Source: the human T2T-CHM13v2.0 reference genome, Homo sapiens
Direction: 5' to 3' (one strand)
Length of the DNA stretch: 64,000 bases
Assembly (NCBI RefSeq): GCF_009914755.1
Contig: NC_060927.1
A model generated the notes under the pieces. The model was not told the DNA's origin. It worked only from the letters and a program-made list of their open reading frames with translations, and searched no databases. Each line of letters starts with the position of its first letter. Positions within the stretch are counted from its first letter, which is position 1. Shown here in pieces: positions 18,066 to 34,885 of this stretch. The translations under genes and the position numbers were made by a program.

Positions 18066-18851
18066 ACCAAGAAAAAATGCAGAAATGACTGAGAGAGACC
18101 ACTGGTGCACCCAAATACTTCATTTAAGTCATCAGTTAGGTATATCATGTGACAACATGCCTGGACCTCTACCGACCCGTCAGCCACTTAATCTACAAAT
18201 CTGATTCAGCTTAATTCCTTTCTACAAACCAAACTTTGCCCTAGGTACTCTTCAGAGTTGGGTACTATTCAAGGAACTTAAAGCCCACTAGATCAATAAT
18301 GCAACATCCAGAGAGCTTTGTCCTAATTCTCTGATTCTAGGACCCAGGTTTGGTTACTGGGCTCCTGCAGTGTTACTTAGTTCTTATTTTTCCTCTGCTC
18401 CTTCCTCTTTCCCACGCTGCTGAAGGCCAGTGTCTGTCAGGGCCCATTGGCCTAAAGCTGGGGTTGCTCTACCTGCCTCCCTTCCTTCATTGCTTTATAT
18501 TACTAAGTCTTTGCTTCCCAGAGCATTGATCTACCTGGAAACCAGACTTGCCTCATTGGGCATTCCTAGAAAGATGTCCCCCTAGTGCATCCCCCATCAT
18601 GCTGGTCTCCACAAACTATCTTTCTCCAGCATTGCTGGACTTCCACCAACTCCTACAGCTTAATCCAGCTCCCAACTCCACCTACTTCCCCAGTATTCAG
18701 TTTACCTTAAAAGAATATCTGTTCTACAGGGTGCAAGGATCTATTGTCTTTGGTCTTTCCTAGCCAAGGCCTTCTCAGTGGGCTTCTGCTAGTCATCCTG
18801 CAATTTGCCCATTCCTTCCTCTGGACAGACACGGCCTTGTACCAGGGTTCA

Positions 18852-19550
<699 letters not shown>

Positions 19551-19604
19551 CTGTTTACCTAGCAATCAAGCTCCTATGTTAAAAATCAAGGAAATGATAC
19601 AGAC

Positions 19605-20023
19605 CAGGGATCAAGATCTCAAAGAAGTCGGGCAAGTAACATAATTATGTAAGCCACTGGCTTATGATCTCAGAGAGTGTCAGGATTTGGGACAAACTGC
19701 AGAAAGTTTACACTTCCTAAAGGCATTCAAATTTAAATTTCAGGCCCGGTTGGGTGGCTCACACCTGTAATCCTAGCACTTTGGGTGGCTGAGGTGGGCA
19801 GACTGCCTGAGCTCGGGAGCGCAAGACCAGCCAGGGTAACGTGGTGAAACCTCATCTTTACTAAAATATAAAAAATTATCTGGGCATGGTGGCATGTGCC
19901 TGTAGTCTCAGCTACTCAGGAGGCTGAGATAGGAGAATCGCTTGGATCCAAGAGGTGGAGATTGCAGTGAGCCAAGTTCACGCTACTGCACTCCAGCTTG
20001 GGTGATAGAGCCAGACCCTGTCT

Positions 20024-20054
<31 letters not shown>

Positions 20055-20135
20055 CTTTCAAATACATTCTACTGGCCCAACAGAACTCACCCTGGTCTCA
20101 GCATATTGCTTCTGACCAATATTGCATCCTCTTCC
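19605..20135. mobile_element. MER102-like hAT-Charlie split by Alu
   Basis: GGGCAAGTAACATAA...CTAAAGGCATTCAAATT; diverged, boundaries approximate. Confidence 0.5.
19743..20047 (+). mobile_element. AluS
   Basis: Full dimer with A tail; degenerate TSD AAATTTAAATTTCA / AAATTTTTAACTTTCA. Confidence 0.93.
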
Positions 20136-20252
20136 TCCAACTCATCAAGTATGATGGCCGGCTTGTGGGCCATGAATTCATGACCCAAGGGACATGGTGC
20201 TATCTTTAATTTGCTTATAATAACCTTGTTAGCAAGCTAGTATGAAATTTTA

Positions 20253-20545
20253 CCTCCAGGACTTTGTATATGCTATTCTCTCAATTCCTTTCACATCTGT
20301 TCTGTCCAACTTCACTCTGCTCATTTCTGTTCACTCTTAGACCTCAGTTTAAATACTCAGTCTCAAGGAGCCTTTCATGACTGTGTGCCACCCCCTCCGA
20401 TGTGATCTCAAGGTGACTGCATCCTATTTGCCTGTTTCCCTCCATATCAGGCTTCCCTTAAGGGAAGGGACCAGGACTTGTGCCCTGCTAAATCCCTGGT
20501 GCCTAGGACAGTGCTTGGTGTAAAACAGAAGCTCAAAATATTTCC
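20253..20545 (+). mobile_element. L2 3' fragment
   Basis: ATCCCTGGTGCCTAGGACAGTGCTTGG...GCTCAAAATATTT. Confidence 0.65.
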
Positions 20546-21549
20546 TAGAACTCTAGGGATTCTCAGCTGGTTGAACCCCACTCCTGTAGAAAGCTAAAGA
20601 ATGGATCCAAATATGGATTAAAGTCTCTAATACTGTGGCACAAGATCCCATCCCATTCAAAATCTTTTGTGAATGACCTGGCTGAAGACAAGCTCTGCTT
20701 TGATGTGCAAATATGGAAAGGAGAATCAGTGTATCGGGAAATGGCCAAAGGAGAGAAGACCAGAGAGTGTGGCTGTGGTGAGTGTGGGTTAAGCCTTGAT
20801 TTTGTAAACCAGTTTGGGTATCTTTGTGAGTGCTAGTGTGGAGGAATTGTAGAAGAGTGTGGGGGAGGAGGCGTGGCTCAAGGTAGGAATGTGCATCTGT
20901 CTATTGGATTCACTGACGGGTGGTTTTACAAGCCTGGAGCAGTTCCAGTTGTTTCACTTTTGTTTTGCCAAAAAGTCTATAAGTGCTATTTAAAACGCAG
21001 CTTTGCTGACAGGATTCCATAAATCGATCTTTGTGTACCTTTCTCACCCAAGTTCTCAGTTTATAACACCCTTGGTTAGAATACAGCTTCCTCTCTTTCC
21101 TCGTTATATGCACATAAATACAACTGATTCATTCTCCTTCTTACATAATCTTACCGATGTTTGCTTTATCCCTGAGCTTGATTCAAAGAATGTCTTTGGG
21201 GAGTTCGGGGAGCAGAGCTGAGATAAATGGGGCAAAGGAACCTATGTATTGTAGATGATAGCCATGCTTCTAACACAGTACCTAAAATCTACTCAGTGTA
21301 CCCCTTCAGGATACAGCTCATCCCTTACTGATGTCTCAACCATTGTTCCATGAATACCTCCCTCCAGGAATCACAACCTATTAATTACTAGTAGGATCCC
21401 CCTTAATGCTGGCTGTAGGAAACATTATAAAATTTGAAATGCTACATGCATTTGACCTTATTTCTCACAAAACCCTAATGAAATGGGTACTTATGGCAGA
21501 CAACATAGGTACCCTCCATATCCACTAGGCCCACGCTGACCATGGCTTG

Positions 21550-22191
21550 TAGCCACGTGTGGTAACCACTAGCCACACATGGCTACAAGTACTTGACATA
21601 TAGCTAGTCCAAATCAAGATAAGCTATGAGTCTAAAATACATACTGGACTTCAAAGTCTTAGAAAAAAGAAGTAAAATATCTCAATAATTTTTATATTTT
21701 TGCAATCATAGTTTTGATATATTGGATTAAATATGATATGTTATAAAAATTAATTTTTGCCAGGTGCAGTGGCTCACACCTATAATCCAGCACTTTGAGA
21801 GGCTGAGGCAGGAGGATAGCTTGAGCCCAGGAGTTTGAGACCAGCCTGAACAACACAATGAGACCCTGTCTCTACAAAAAATGAAAAATTAGCCAGGCAT
21901 GCTAATATACACCTACAGTCTCAGTTACTTGGGAGGCTGAGATGGGAGGATCACTTGAACCCAGGAGGTTGAGGCTGTAGTAAGCCGTGATCACACCATT
22001 ACATTCCAGCCCAGGAGGCAGAGTGAGACCCTGTCTCGAAAAAAAAAAAAAAAGAAAGAAAAGAAAAGAAAAAGAAAAAAATGATTTTATCTGCTACTTT
22101 TTACTTTTTAAATGCGGCTACTAAAGCACCCTAAAATTACATTTGTGGCATGAATTTGTGGGTGATGTTATATTTCTATTGAACAGTGCTG
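21550..22191. mobile_element. MER33 hAT-Charlie interrupted by AluJ
   Basis: GGTAACCACTAGCCACACATGGCTA...ATATTTCTATTGAACAGTGCTG. Confidence 0.8.
21758..22080 (+). mobile_element. AluJ
   Basis: GCTTGAGCCCAGGAGTTTGAGACC; A/GAAAA tail. Confidence 0.9.
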
Positions 22192-22615
22192 CATTAGCTA
22201 TTCACTTCTATACTCTGAAAGCTGCTTACTATGAACATGTTACTCCACGCCAAGGGCCTTGTCCTGGCACCAGATGCATGACTGGCCTATGCAAAAGAGA
22301 AGCCAGTGCTGAAGAGTTAATGCACCCAGAAGCAGCCTTCAACCCATGAAGGGAGTTGGTGAGCGAAAGCCCCAGATCCCTTGCCCCTTTGTTGAAATAA
22401 CTCTAGGTTGCATGTTCCACATCAACTTCCAAGGGTCCCTGGTGGGACTGCTCTCTATCTGCCCATGGTGGTCACTTGCTTAATAACACAACCTTCACTG
22501 GCTTTCTTCTCTTTCCTGTCTCATTTCTCTACTCCCCTTCTGGTGGTTCCTAGGATCACCTCTCAAACAATTTGCACTCAAATCCTCCACTGAGTCAGCT
22601 TCTGGTGGAACATAG

Positions 22616-23120
<505 letters not shown>

Positions 23121-23481
23121 CATAGGTTCTCCATCTGCAGTGGGATGACCCATCTTTGGTGGGACAGTCAGGAACTAGCTGGTTCAAATGCAGAAGGTCC
23201 ATGGGACAGGAAAGGAGTCCAAGAACTGCTTTTACACAAAAGTGGAGCATGGTAGGCAGCTTCTACGTTGGCCCCCAGTGATCCTCACCTGCTAATATTC
23301 ACACTGTCATTTACCCATCTCCCCTTAAGTGTGAGCTAAAGTTACTGACTCACTACTAAACAAATGACTATGGTGGGAGTGAAGGGACACTTGTGTTATA
23401 AAAGGCTGTGGCTTCCATGGCTTCCATCTTGGATGCTCTCTGGCTTGCTTGCTAGCTTACTCTTTCCTGGACCCTACTATG

Positions 23482-24190
23482 TGTTATAGACTGAATTGTG
23501 TCCCTCCCCAGGACTAAATTTATATGTTGAAGCCCTAACTCCCAATGTGACGATATTTAGAGATAAGGCCTCTAGGGAGGTAATTAAAGTTAAATGAGAT
23601 CATGAGAGTGGGGCCTCAATCCAATAGGACTGGTGTCTTTACAAGAAGAAGAAGAGACACCAGAGATCTCTCTCCCACTCTCTCCCTGCCCACCACACAG
23701 AGAAAAGGCCACATGAGGACACAGTGACACAAGCCATAAAGAGAGCTCTCAACAACAACAACAAAAAAATTGTCCTCCATCACCTTGATCACAGACTTCT
23801 TGCCTCCAGAACTGTGAGAAAATAAATGCCTAGGCTGGGCACAGTGGCTCACACCTATAATCCCAGCACCTTGGGAGGCTGAGGCAGGTGGATTACTTGA
23901 GGCTAGGAGTTCAAGACCAGCCTGGGCAACATGACGATACCCCATCTCTACAAAAAATAAAAAATTAGCCAGGCATGGTGGTGTGTGCCTGTAGTCCCAG
24001 CTATTCAGGAGGCTGAAATGAGAGGATCAATTGAGCCCAGTAGGTCACAGGCTGCAGTGAGCCATGATCATGCCACCACACTCCAGGCTGGGTGACACAG
24101 TGAAACCCTCTCAATCAATCAATCAATATCTGCTGTTGAAGCCACTCAGACTGTGGTATTTTTTTACAGCAGCCTAAACAGACTAATATA
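23482..24190 (+). mobile_element. MLT1A/B-like MaLR LTR interrupted by AluJ
   Basis: TGTTATAGACTGAATTGTGTCCC...GACTAATATA; perfect TSD CTATG 23477-23481 and 24191-24195. Confidence 0.88.
23833..24120 (+). mobile_element. AluJ with (CAAT)n tail
   Basis: Full dimer. Confidence 0.9.
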
Positions 24191-24794
24191 CTATGTCATG
24201 AGGTAGACCTGTGGAGAGGCCCATTTGGCAGGGGACTACGGCTTTTCAAGAACCCCATGAGTGAGTTTGGAAGCAGATCTCCCTCTGCACAAAACCTTCA
24301 GATGAGGCCGTAGTCCTGGTTAACAGATTGACCACCACCTCCTCATGAGGGACCTTGAGGCAGAGACACACAGCTAAGCCACACCCAGATTCCTTACCTA
24401 CAGAAACTGTGAAATAGTAAATGTTTGCTATAATAAGCTGCTAACTTTTGCTGGTAATTTGTTATGCAACAATACACAACTAATACATGCAAGCAACATG
24501 CAATGTCAAGAGACTAGTTAAAGAGGCTAAGAAGAGTCAGCCCCAAGTGCATTGCAATTAAATAATAATAACAATAATAATAATAAAAGAGCAAGAGCAG
24601 AGAGTGGAGAAGTACAGGGTGAAACTAAATGACATAGAGATAAGGAGGCAAAAGCAGGGAACAGCCAGCTCGCGAGGCAAATGGGAGGCTATCTTTGTGA
24701 ATCCCAGAATTAGAGGTCGTGGATTAGGACTGGAATTCAACATGCTGCAAGCTGAAAGATTTACTTCCAAATATGCATAATCAGTAGGGAAGAT

Positions 24795-25224
24795 AGTATC
24801 TAAGTTTGGGTTACCCCAGAAGGAGACGCTGAGATAATGATTCAAGTGAAAGTAGTTAATTTGGAGGTGATCACAGAAAATACCACTGAAAGAATAGGGC
24901 AGTGAGGCAGGAAAGAGAAAAAAGCCAATAAAGAAGGTGTTATTGTGCAAAATACCACTGTGGGCAACTAAACTTTAATGCCATTGGGGAAAGGGAATTC
25001 TGGGAGATAGGACAGAGCAAGTATCTCAGTTATCTCATCCAGGGGTGAGGGAATTGGGGTATTTATCCACCAACTTTTGCCAGTCATTGGTTGAGGAAGG
25101 GCATTAATTCCCAGCACCTATAGCCTATAAAAACAGAGACACTAGCAATTAGAAGTTAGCCAGCATGCCTAGACATAGTAAGTGCCAAGGGAACAGGAGT
25201 AAGATTCTGAGATTATCTGCTATA
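24795..25224 (-). mobile_element. LTR16-family ERVL LTR
   Basis: TTGGGTTACCCCAGAAG..CTGAGATAA..GGAGGTGATC...GCCAATAAAG...GGGGTATTTAT..CAGTCATTGGTTGAGG. Confidence 0.7.
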
Positions 25225-25389
25225 TATAGGCCCTTAAAATAGCCTATAATTTTTTAGGTACCAGCTACCTACAATCTACTGAAATGGAATTATTGAAAAT
25301 TATTGTTATAAAAACCTGTTGAAATAAAAAAAGGTTGCTTTTTAAGAGATCTAACAATAGTGTCTGAGCTCAAATCAGCTCAGTCTCAT

Positions 25390-25510
25390 TCTTGCTTTAA
25401 GTCTTGATTTGAGTCAGAAACTGTGAAAAGTTACTTAGCTTCTCTGAGCCTTAGTTCCTTACCTGTAAAATGGACACAATAATTCCTGCTGCACTTGGTA
25501 GCTGTGAGAT
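25390..25510 (+). mobile_element. MIR fragment
   Basis: AAGTTACTTAGCTTCTCTGAGCCTTAGTTCCTTACCTGTAAAATGG. Confidence 0.75.
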
Positions 25511-28372
25511 AAAGTGGGGAAAACAGGTAGGATAAAGGCAGATAATCATTTTTTAAAAGAGCTTTTTAAACTTGCAACTATTTGATGATGGCAACTTTGC
25601 CTATACGAAGGATTGTTCAAACAAAAGCAATAATACCACTTAAAAGTCAGTATTTAGTATACTTAGGACAAAAAATTCAACAATGCTGACAAGTATCAAA
25701 CTACTTAACCTATGAGACACTATATAGACAACTACTTCTTGACATTTTCTTTCACATTCCAGTGTTAAAATAACACTAACATTACAAATGTAATGTTGCT
25801 TTCAGGCACATGAAACAAAAAATGTATCATTTCTTTAAATCTGCTTTTTCTATAAAACGTTCTTTATTAAAGCTGTTAATATGTAAAAGAAATACACAAT
25901 CAAAATGGTGAAATTGACCTAAATAAGTTGGCACCATTAGGTAAAAAATAAACTTTAAATTTTAAAAAGCAAAATAGATAAAATGGAGGAACAGCAATCC
26001 AAAATTATGATTAATTGTAAAATCATACTAGTACACGCAAAATTTATCAATAAATGTAGTTTACTGATAAATTCCAACCACAAAGGTGATTGGAAGCACC
26101 TATTTTTAATGAATTTCCTTCTGGAAAATTCAGAGCTGCAGCCAAACTTAAATTCATGAAAGACTGCCAAACAAGCTAAGCAGGCCTAATTGACCAAAAA
26201 CAAATAAACACACTCCAAATATCTGAGAACTGAATAGAAACACTGTACATTCTTGTAAGTATCCCAGGCTTTATAAAAATAGTTCCAAAACCCTGAAAAT
26301 TTCTGATACACACAAATATGTAAGGTCACATAAAAATTAGCAACACTATCATTATGATGCACAAAATTACCAATCTATGACAAACTTCCTTGATGGCAAA
26401 TATTTATTTTTGGCCAATTTGTTGTTTCAGCGAATTCTTCTGGAGTCTCCAGCACAGTCTGACATGCAGTAGATGTTTGAGAAATGTTAGTTCCCCTCTA
26501 TCAGTATGTCTGCAGTACTGTTAAAGGAAGAAAATGCCGACAAAGATTTCTGAGACTCATCTCCAAGCCCAAATTATCCCCAAATAGGGCCTTTTGGGAG
26601 AAGCCCAATTATGGGAAATCAAACAGGAAGGTTGCTATGAAGTGCTTTGGGGTTGTTCATGGAAAAAAAGAATAACTGAGACAGAGGCAGTGGTTGGACA
26701 CTAAGAAAGAGCCAATCAATGCATCAAATTGGACAGTGGTCCAATAGTCTAAGTTGTACCCCTCAAAATAATAATAAGGTCTAGGGAGTCCAGAAGCAGA
26801 GCTTGGTACAAGCAGACAAAATGGAATGGCTTAGAAGATAAGTGTGGGAATGCTAAGTATCTCTTGAGGCTTTTTTTTTTTTTTAATTAAACCAGACACA
26901 AAACCGGACATGAATCCTTACTAAAGTCAGAAAAGGCTGAAAGCCTCTGATGTCAATCACATAAATAATCTTGCAATAGAAAAGGATGACTCAATAGTTC
27001 AACACAATTCAATAAAAATATGTCTTTAGAGAAGCCTCAATTTCTTTCACAAGAATTTTGTATTCATCGGAGTTTGATTATTAATTTATCCCAAAGACTT
27101 TATCACTAAGAATGAGCTATCCCAGTGAACATAAACAATCTGATTTTAATGGCCTAACTATAAATAACTGCATTAATAAATTACAACTTTGCACTTTAGC
27201 TGACTGCCCACTCATTCAGTCTGTCCACAGCTGAATTAAAAGCCACTGAGAATCCACATTTAAAGGCCTAAGACTCCAGTTGCTACGCTTTGAGTGTCCT
27301 CTTCCAAAGCTCAACCCCAGGCTCAGCCTGAAACAATTCACCAGCCTCACATTCCTACAAATCCATTCTGTGTTTGGATGTCAGTAGTTCCCACCAAACT
27401 CTCTGAATCTATTAATCAAATTCTTTTCACATGGTTAGAGGCAATTCTGTGTGGGGAGCTGTTAAGCAGCTGTGTCTCTCTTCTAGAGATCCACGATTAG
27501 TTGTTAAATATCTCAGTCTTGTTAGTCCGCAGTTGCTGGGGTGGTGAGCAGTGGGGCAATAGCGCTACCCCAGACAACAGCTGTGCCACCTTTATTTCAG
27601 AAAGCCTATTGCCAAAGTTTTTTCCAAGATGAGGGAAAGGAGAAGATGCTGCTGATTTGGTTCAATGTTTCTCTTAGAATGATTTTATTTGCAAAGCTTT
27701 GGTCCAGATTTAGAGAAGATCTCTCCGTTAGTAAAAAAAAATAATAATAATAACAACAATGACCTTATCCCGGTGGCTGCATTCCATCAAGTTAAGACTT
27801 GTAGAGAGCCATGAGGGCATGTCCAGTCTTCAAGTGGACACACTTAGTCCTTGGATGGTTCAGATTGTGTTTACTCAATGGCATCAGCAGTTCCAGGAGG
27901 GTCATTGGTCTGCTAAGCAGAACTCTGTGGGCTGAGTGGCTAGTTGTATTTGTTTTGGGTAGTAAGAAAGAAAAGCTTCTATTCAAAATGTATGATTTGT
28001 GACCAAAATATTCACATGATCTCAGTCTTGACTACTTTGGCATGAATGAATAATCAAGAATATAAAAACATAGTTCGCCTCCTCAGGACCAGATATTGTT
28101 TTATTTATCTTTTTTAATTTTATTATTATTATACTTTAAGTTTTAGGGTACATGTGCACAATGTGCAGGTTTGTTACATATGTGTATATGTGCACAATGT
28201 GGTTTGTTACATATGTATACATGTGCCATGTTGGTGTGCTGCACCCATTAACTCGTCATTTAGCATTAGGTATATCTCCTAATGCTATCCCTCCCCCCTC
28301 CACCCTCCCCCCACTCCACAACAGTCCTGGGTGTGTGATGTTCCCCTTCCTGTGTCTATGTGTTCTCATTGT

Positions 28373-32192
<3,820 letters not shown>

Positions 32193-32283
32193 TATGATGT
32201 TGGCTGGTTATTTTGCTCGTTAGTTGATGGTTTCTTCCTAGCCTTGATGGTCTTTACAATTTGGCATATTTTTGCAGTGGCTG

Positions 32284-33270
32284 CTACTGGTTGTTCCTTT
32301 CCATGTTTGGTGCTTCCTTCAGGAGCTCTTTTAGGGCAGGCCTGCTGGTGACAGAATCTCTCAGCATTTGCTTGTCTGTAAAGGATTTTATTTCTCCTTC
32401 ACTTATGAAGCTTAGTTTGGCTGGATATGAAATTCTGGGTTGAAAATTCTTTCCTTTAAGAATGTTGAATATTGGTCCCCATTCTCTTCTGGCTTGTAGG
32501 GTTTCTGCTGAGAGATCAGGTGTTAGTCTGATGGGCTTCCCTTTTTGGGTGACCTGACCTTTCTCTCTGGCTGCCCTTAACATTTTTTCCTTCATTTCAA
32601 CTTTGGTGAATCTGACAATTATGTGTCTTGGAGTTGCTCTTCTTGAGGAGTATCTTTGTGGCGTTCTCTGTATTTCCTGAATTTGAATGTTGACCTGCCT
32701 TGCTAGATTGGGGAAGTTCTCCTGGATAATATCCTGCAGAGTGTTTTCCAACTTGGTTCCATTCTCCCCATCACTTTCAGGTACACCAATCAGACATAGA
32801 TTTGGTCTTTTCACATAGTCCCATATTTCTTGGAGGCTTTGTTTGTTTCTTTTTATTCTTGTTTCTCTAAACTTCTCTTCTCGCTTCACTTCATTCATTT
32901 CATCTTCCATCACTGATACCCTTTCTTCCAGTTGATCGCATCGGCTACTGAGGCTTGTGCATTTGTCATGTAGTTCTTGTGCCGTGGTTTTCAACTCCAT
33001 CAGGTCCTTTAAGGACTTCTCTGCATTGGTTATTCTAGTTAGCCATTCGTCTAATTTTTTTTCAAGGTTTTTAACTTCTTTGCCATTGGTTCCAATTTCC
33101 TCCTTTAGCTCAGAGTAGTTTGATCTTCTGAAGCCTTCTTCTCTCAACTCGTCAAAGTCATTCTCCATCCAGCTTTGTTCCTTTGCTGGTGATGAGCTGC
33201 ATTCCTTTGGAGGAGGAGAGGCACTCTGATTTTTAGAGTTTCCAGTTTTTCTGCTCTGTTTTTTCCCCAT
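32284..33270 (-). CDS. L1 ORF1p, 328 aa open frame, stop ~10 codons before the normal end
   Basis: MGKKQSRKTGNSK...REKG...ARR...YPAKLS...MERNNQ*. Confidence 0.85.
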   Translation of the reverse strand: MGKKQSRKTGNSKNQSASPPPKECSSSPAKEQSWMENDFDELREEGFRRSNYSELKEEIGTNGKEVKNLEKKLDEWLTRITNAEKSLKDLMELKTTAQELHDKCTSLSSRCDQLEERVSVMEDEMNEVKREEKFRETRIKRNKQSLQEIWDYVKRPNLCLIGVPESDGENGTKLENTLQDIIQENFPNLARQVNIQIQEIQRTPQRYSSRRATPRHIIVRFTKVEMKEKMLRAAREKGQVTQKGKPIRLTPDLSAETLQARREWGPIFNILKGKNFQPRISYPAKLSFISEGEIKSFTDKQMLRDSVTSRPALKELLKEAPNMERNNQ

Positions 33271-33849
33271 CTTTGTGGTTTTATCTACCTTTGGTCTTTG
33301 ATGATGGTGAAGTACAGATGGGTTTTTGGTGTGGATGTCCTTTCTGTTTGTTAGTTTTCCTTCTAACAGTCAGGACCCTCAGCTGCAGGTCTGTTGGAGT
33401 TTGCTGGAGGTCCACTCCAGACCCTGTTTGCCTGGATATCAGCAGCGGTGGCTGCAGAACAGTGGATATTGGTGAACTGCAAATGCTGCTGCCTGATCGT
33501 TCCCCTGGAAGTTTTGTCTCAGAGGAGTACCCGGCCGTGTGAGGTGTCAGTCTGCCCCTACTGGGAGATGCCTCCCAGTTAGGCTACTTGGGGATCAGGG
33601 ACCCACTTGAGGAGGCAGTCTGCCCATTCTCAGATCTCAAGCTGCATGCTGGGAGAACCACTACTCTCTTCAAAGCTCTCATACAGGGACATTTAAGTCT
33701 GCAGAGGTTACTGCTGCCTTTTGTTTGTCTGTGCCCTGCCCCCAGAGGTGGAGCCTACAGAGGCAGGCAGGCAGGCCTCCTTGAGCTGTGGTGGGCTCCA
33801 CCCTGTTGGAGCTTCCCAGCCACTTTGTTTACCTACTCAAGCCTAGGCA

Positions 33850-33951
33850 ATGGCGGGCGCCCCTCCCCCAGCCTCACTGCCGCCTTGCAGTTTGATCTCA
33901 GACCGCTGTGCTAGCAATGAGCGAGGCTCCATGGGCGTAGGACCCTCCTAG
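33850..33951 (+). pseudogene. L1 ORF0, truncated to 33 aa
   Basis: ATGGCGGGCGCCCCTCCCCCAGCC translates MAGAPPPASLPPCSLISDRCASNERGSMGVGPS then TAG. Confidence 0.8.
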
Positions 33952-34280
33952 CCATGTGTGGGATATAATCTCCTGGTGTGCCGTCTGTTAAGCCCATTGG
34001 AAAAGCGTAGTATTAGGGTGGGAGTGACCTGATTTTCCAGGTGCTGTCTATCACCCCTTTCTTTGACTAGGAAAGGGAATTCCCTGACCCCTTGTGCTTC
34101 CTGGGTGAGGCGATGCTTCGCCCTGCTTTGGCTCAGGCACGGTGCGCTGCACCCACTGTCCTGTACCCACTGTCCGGCACTCCCCAGTGAGATGAACCCG
34201 GTACCTCAGTTGGAAATGCAGAAATCACCCATCTTCTGCGTTGCTCACGCTGGGAGCTGTAGACTGGAGCTGTTCCTATT

Positions 34281-34291
34281 CGGCCATCTTG
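34281..34291 (-). promoter_or_regulatory. YY1 site of the L1 internal promoter
   Basis: CAAGATGGCCG on the minus strand just inside the L1 5' end. Confidence 0.85.
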
Positions 34292-34447
34292 GCTCCCCCC
34301 CAGATCTTGTTTTAAAACAGTGTTAAGCCACCACACCAAACTTTCTAGCATGCAAAACTATCCCATTTTTATAAAGCCAAATTAACAGCTGACTGACTGT
34401 ATGCCTCTTCTTAATACACAATGACTTTGACAGTCACAAATGCTTTT

Positions 34448-34749
<302 letters not shown>

Positions 34750-34774
34750 ATCACAAATACTTTTAAGCCCACAC

Positions 34775-34885
34775 TTCCCATCTACAATCTCTGAGATATT
34801 AAGCAAGTCACAAACCCCTCTGAGCTTCAGTGTTCTTATTCGTAAACTTGGGATAAGACTCACTTAACAGGTAGTCATTGAATGC
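34775..34885 (+). mobile_element. MIR fragment
   Basis: GCAAGTCACAAACCCCTCTGAGCTTCAGTG. Confidence 0.65.

Larger units (their letters stand above)
21492..22612 (+). mobile_element. LTR16-family ERVL LTR interrupted by MER33 and AluJ
   Basis: GAGTTAATG..GAAGCAGCCTTCAACC...CTTTCCTGTCTCATTTC...GGATCACCTCTCAAA..TTGCACTCAAATCCT in 22240-22612; the 5' stub at 21492-21550 is less certain. Confidence 0.65.
23248..24487 (+). mobile_element. MLT1F-like MaLR LTR interrupted by MLT1A and AluJ
   Basis: TGGTAGGCAGCTTCTA..GGCCCCCAGTGATCC...CAGAAACTGTGA..TAATTTGTTATGCAACAATA..ACTAATACA. Confidence 0.8.

Noticed and set aside
24558-24950. 130-aa minus-strand ORF; also the 127-128 aa ORFs at 44832 and 53623
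   Set aside because: Run through LTR sequence and simple repeats; no protein family resemblance.
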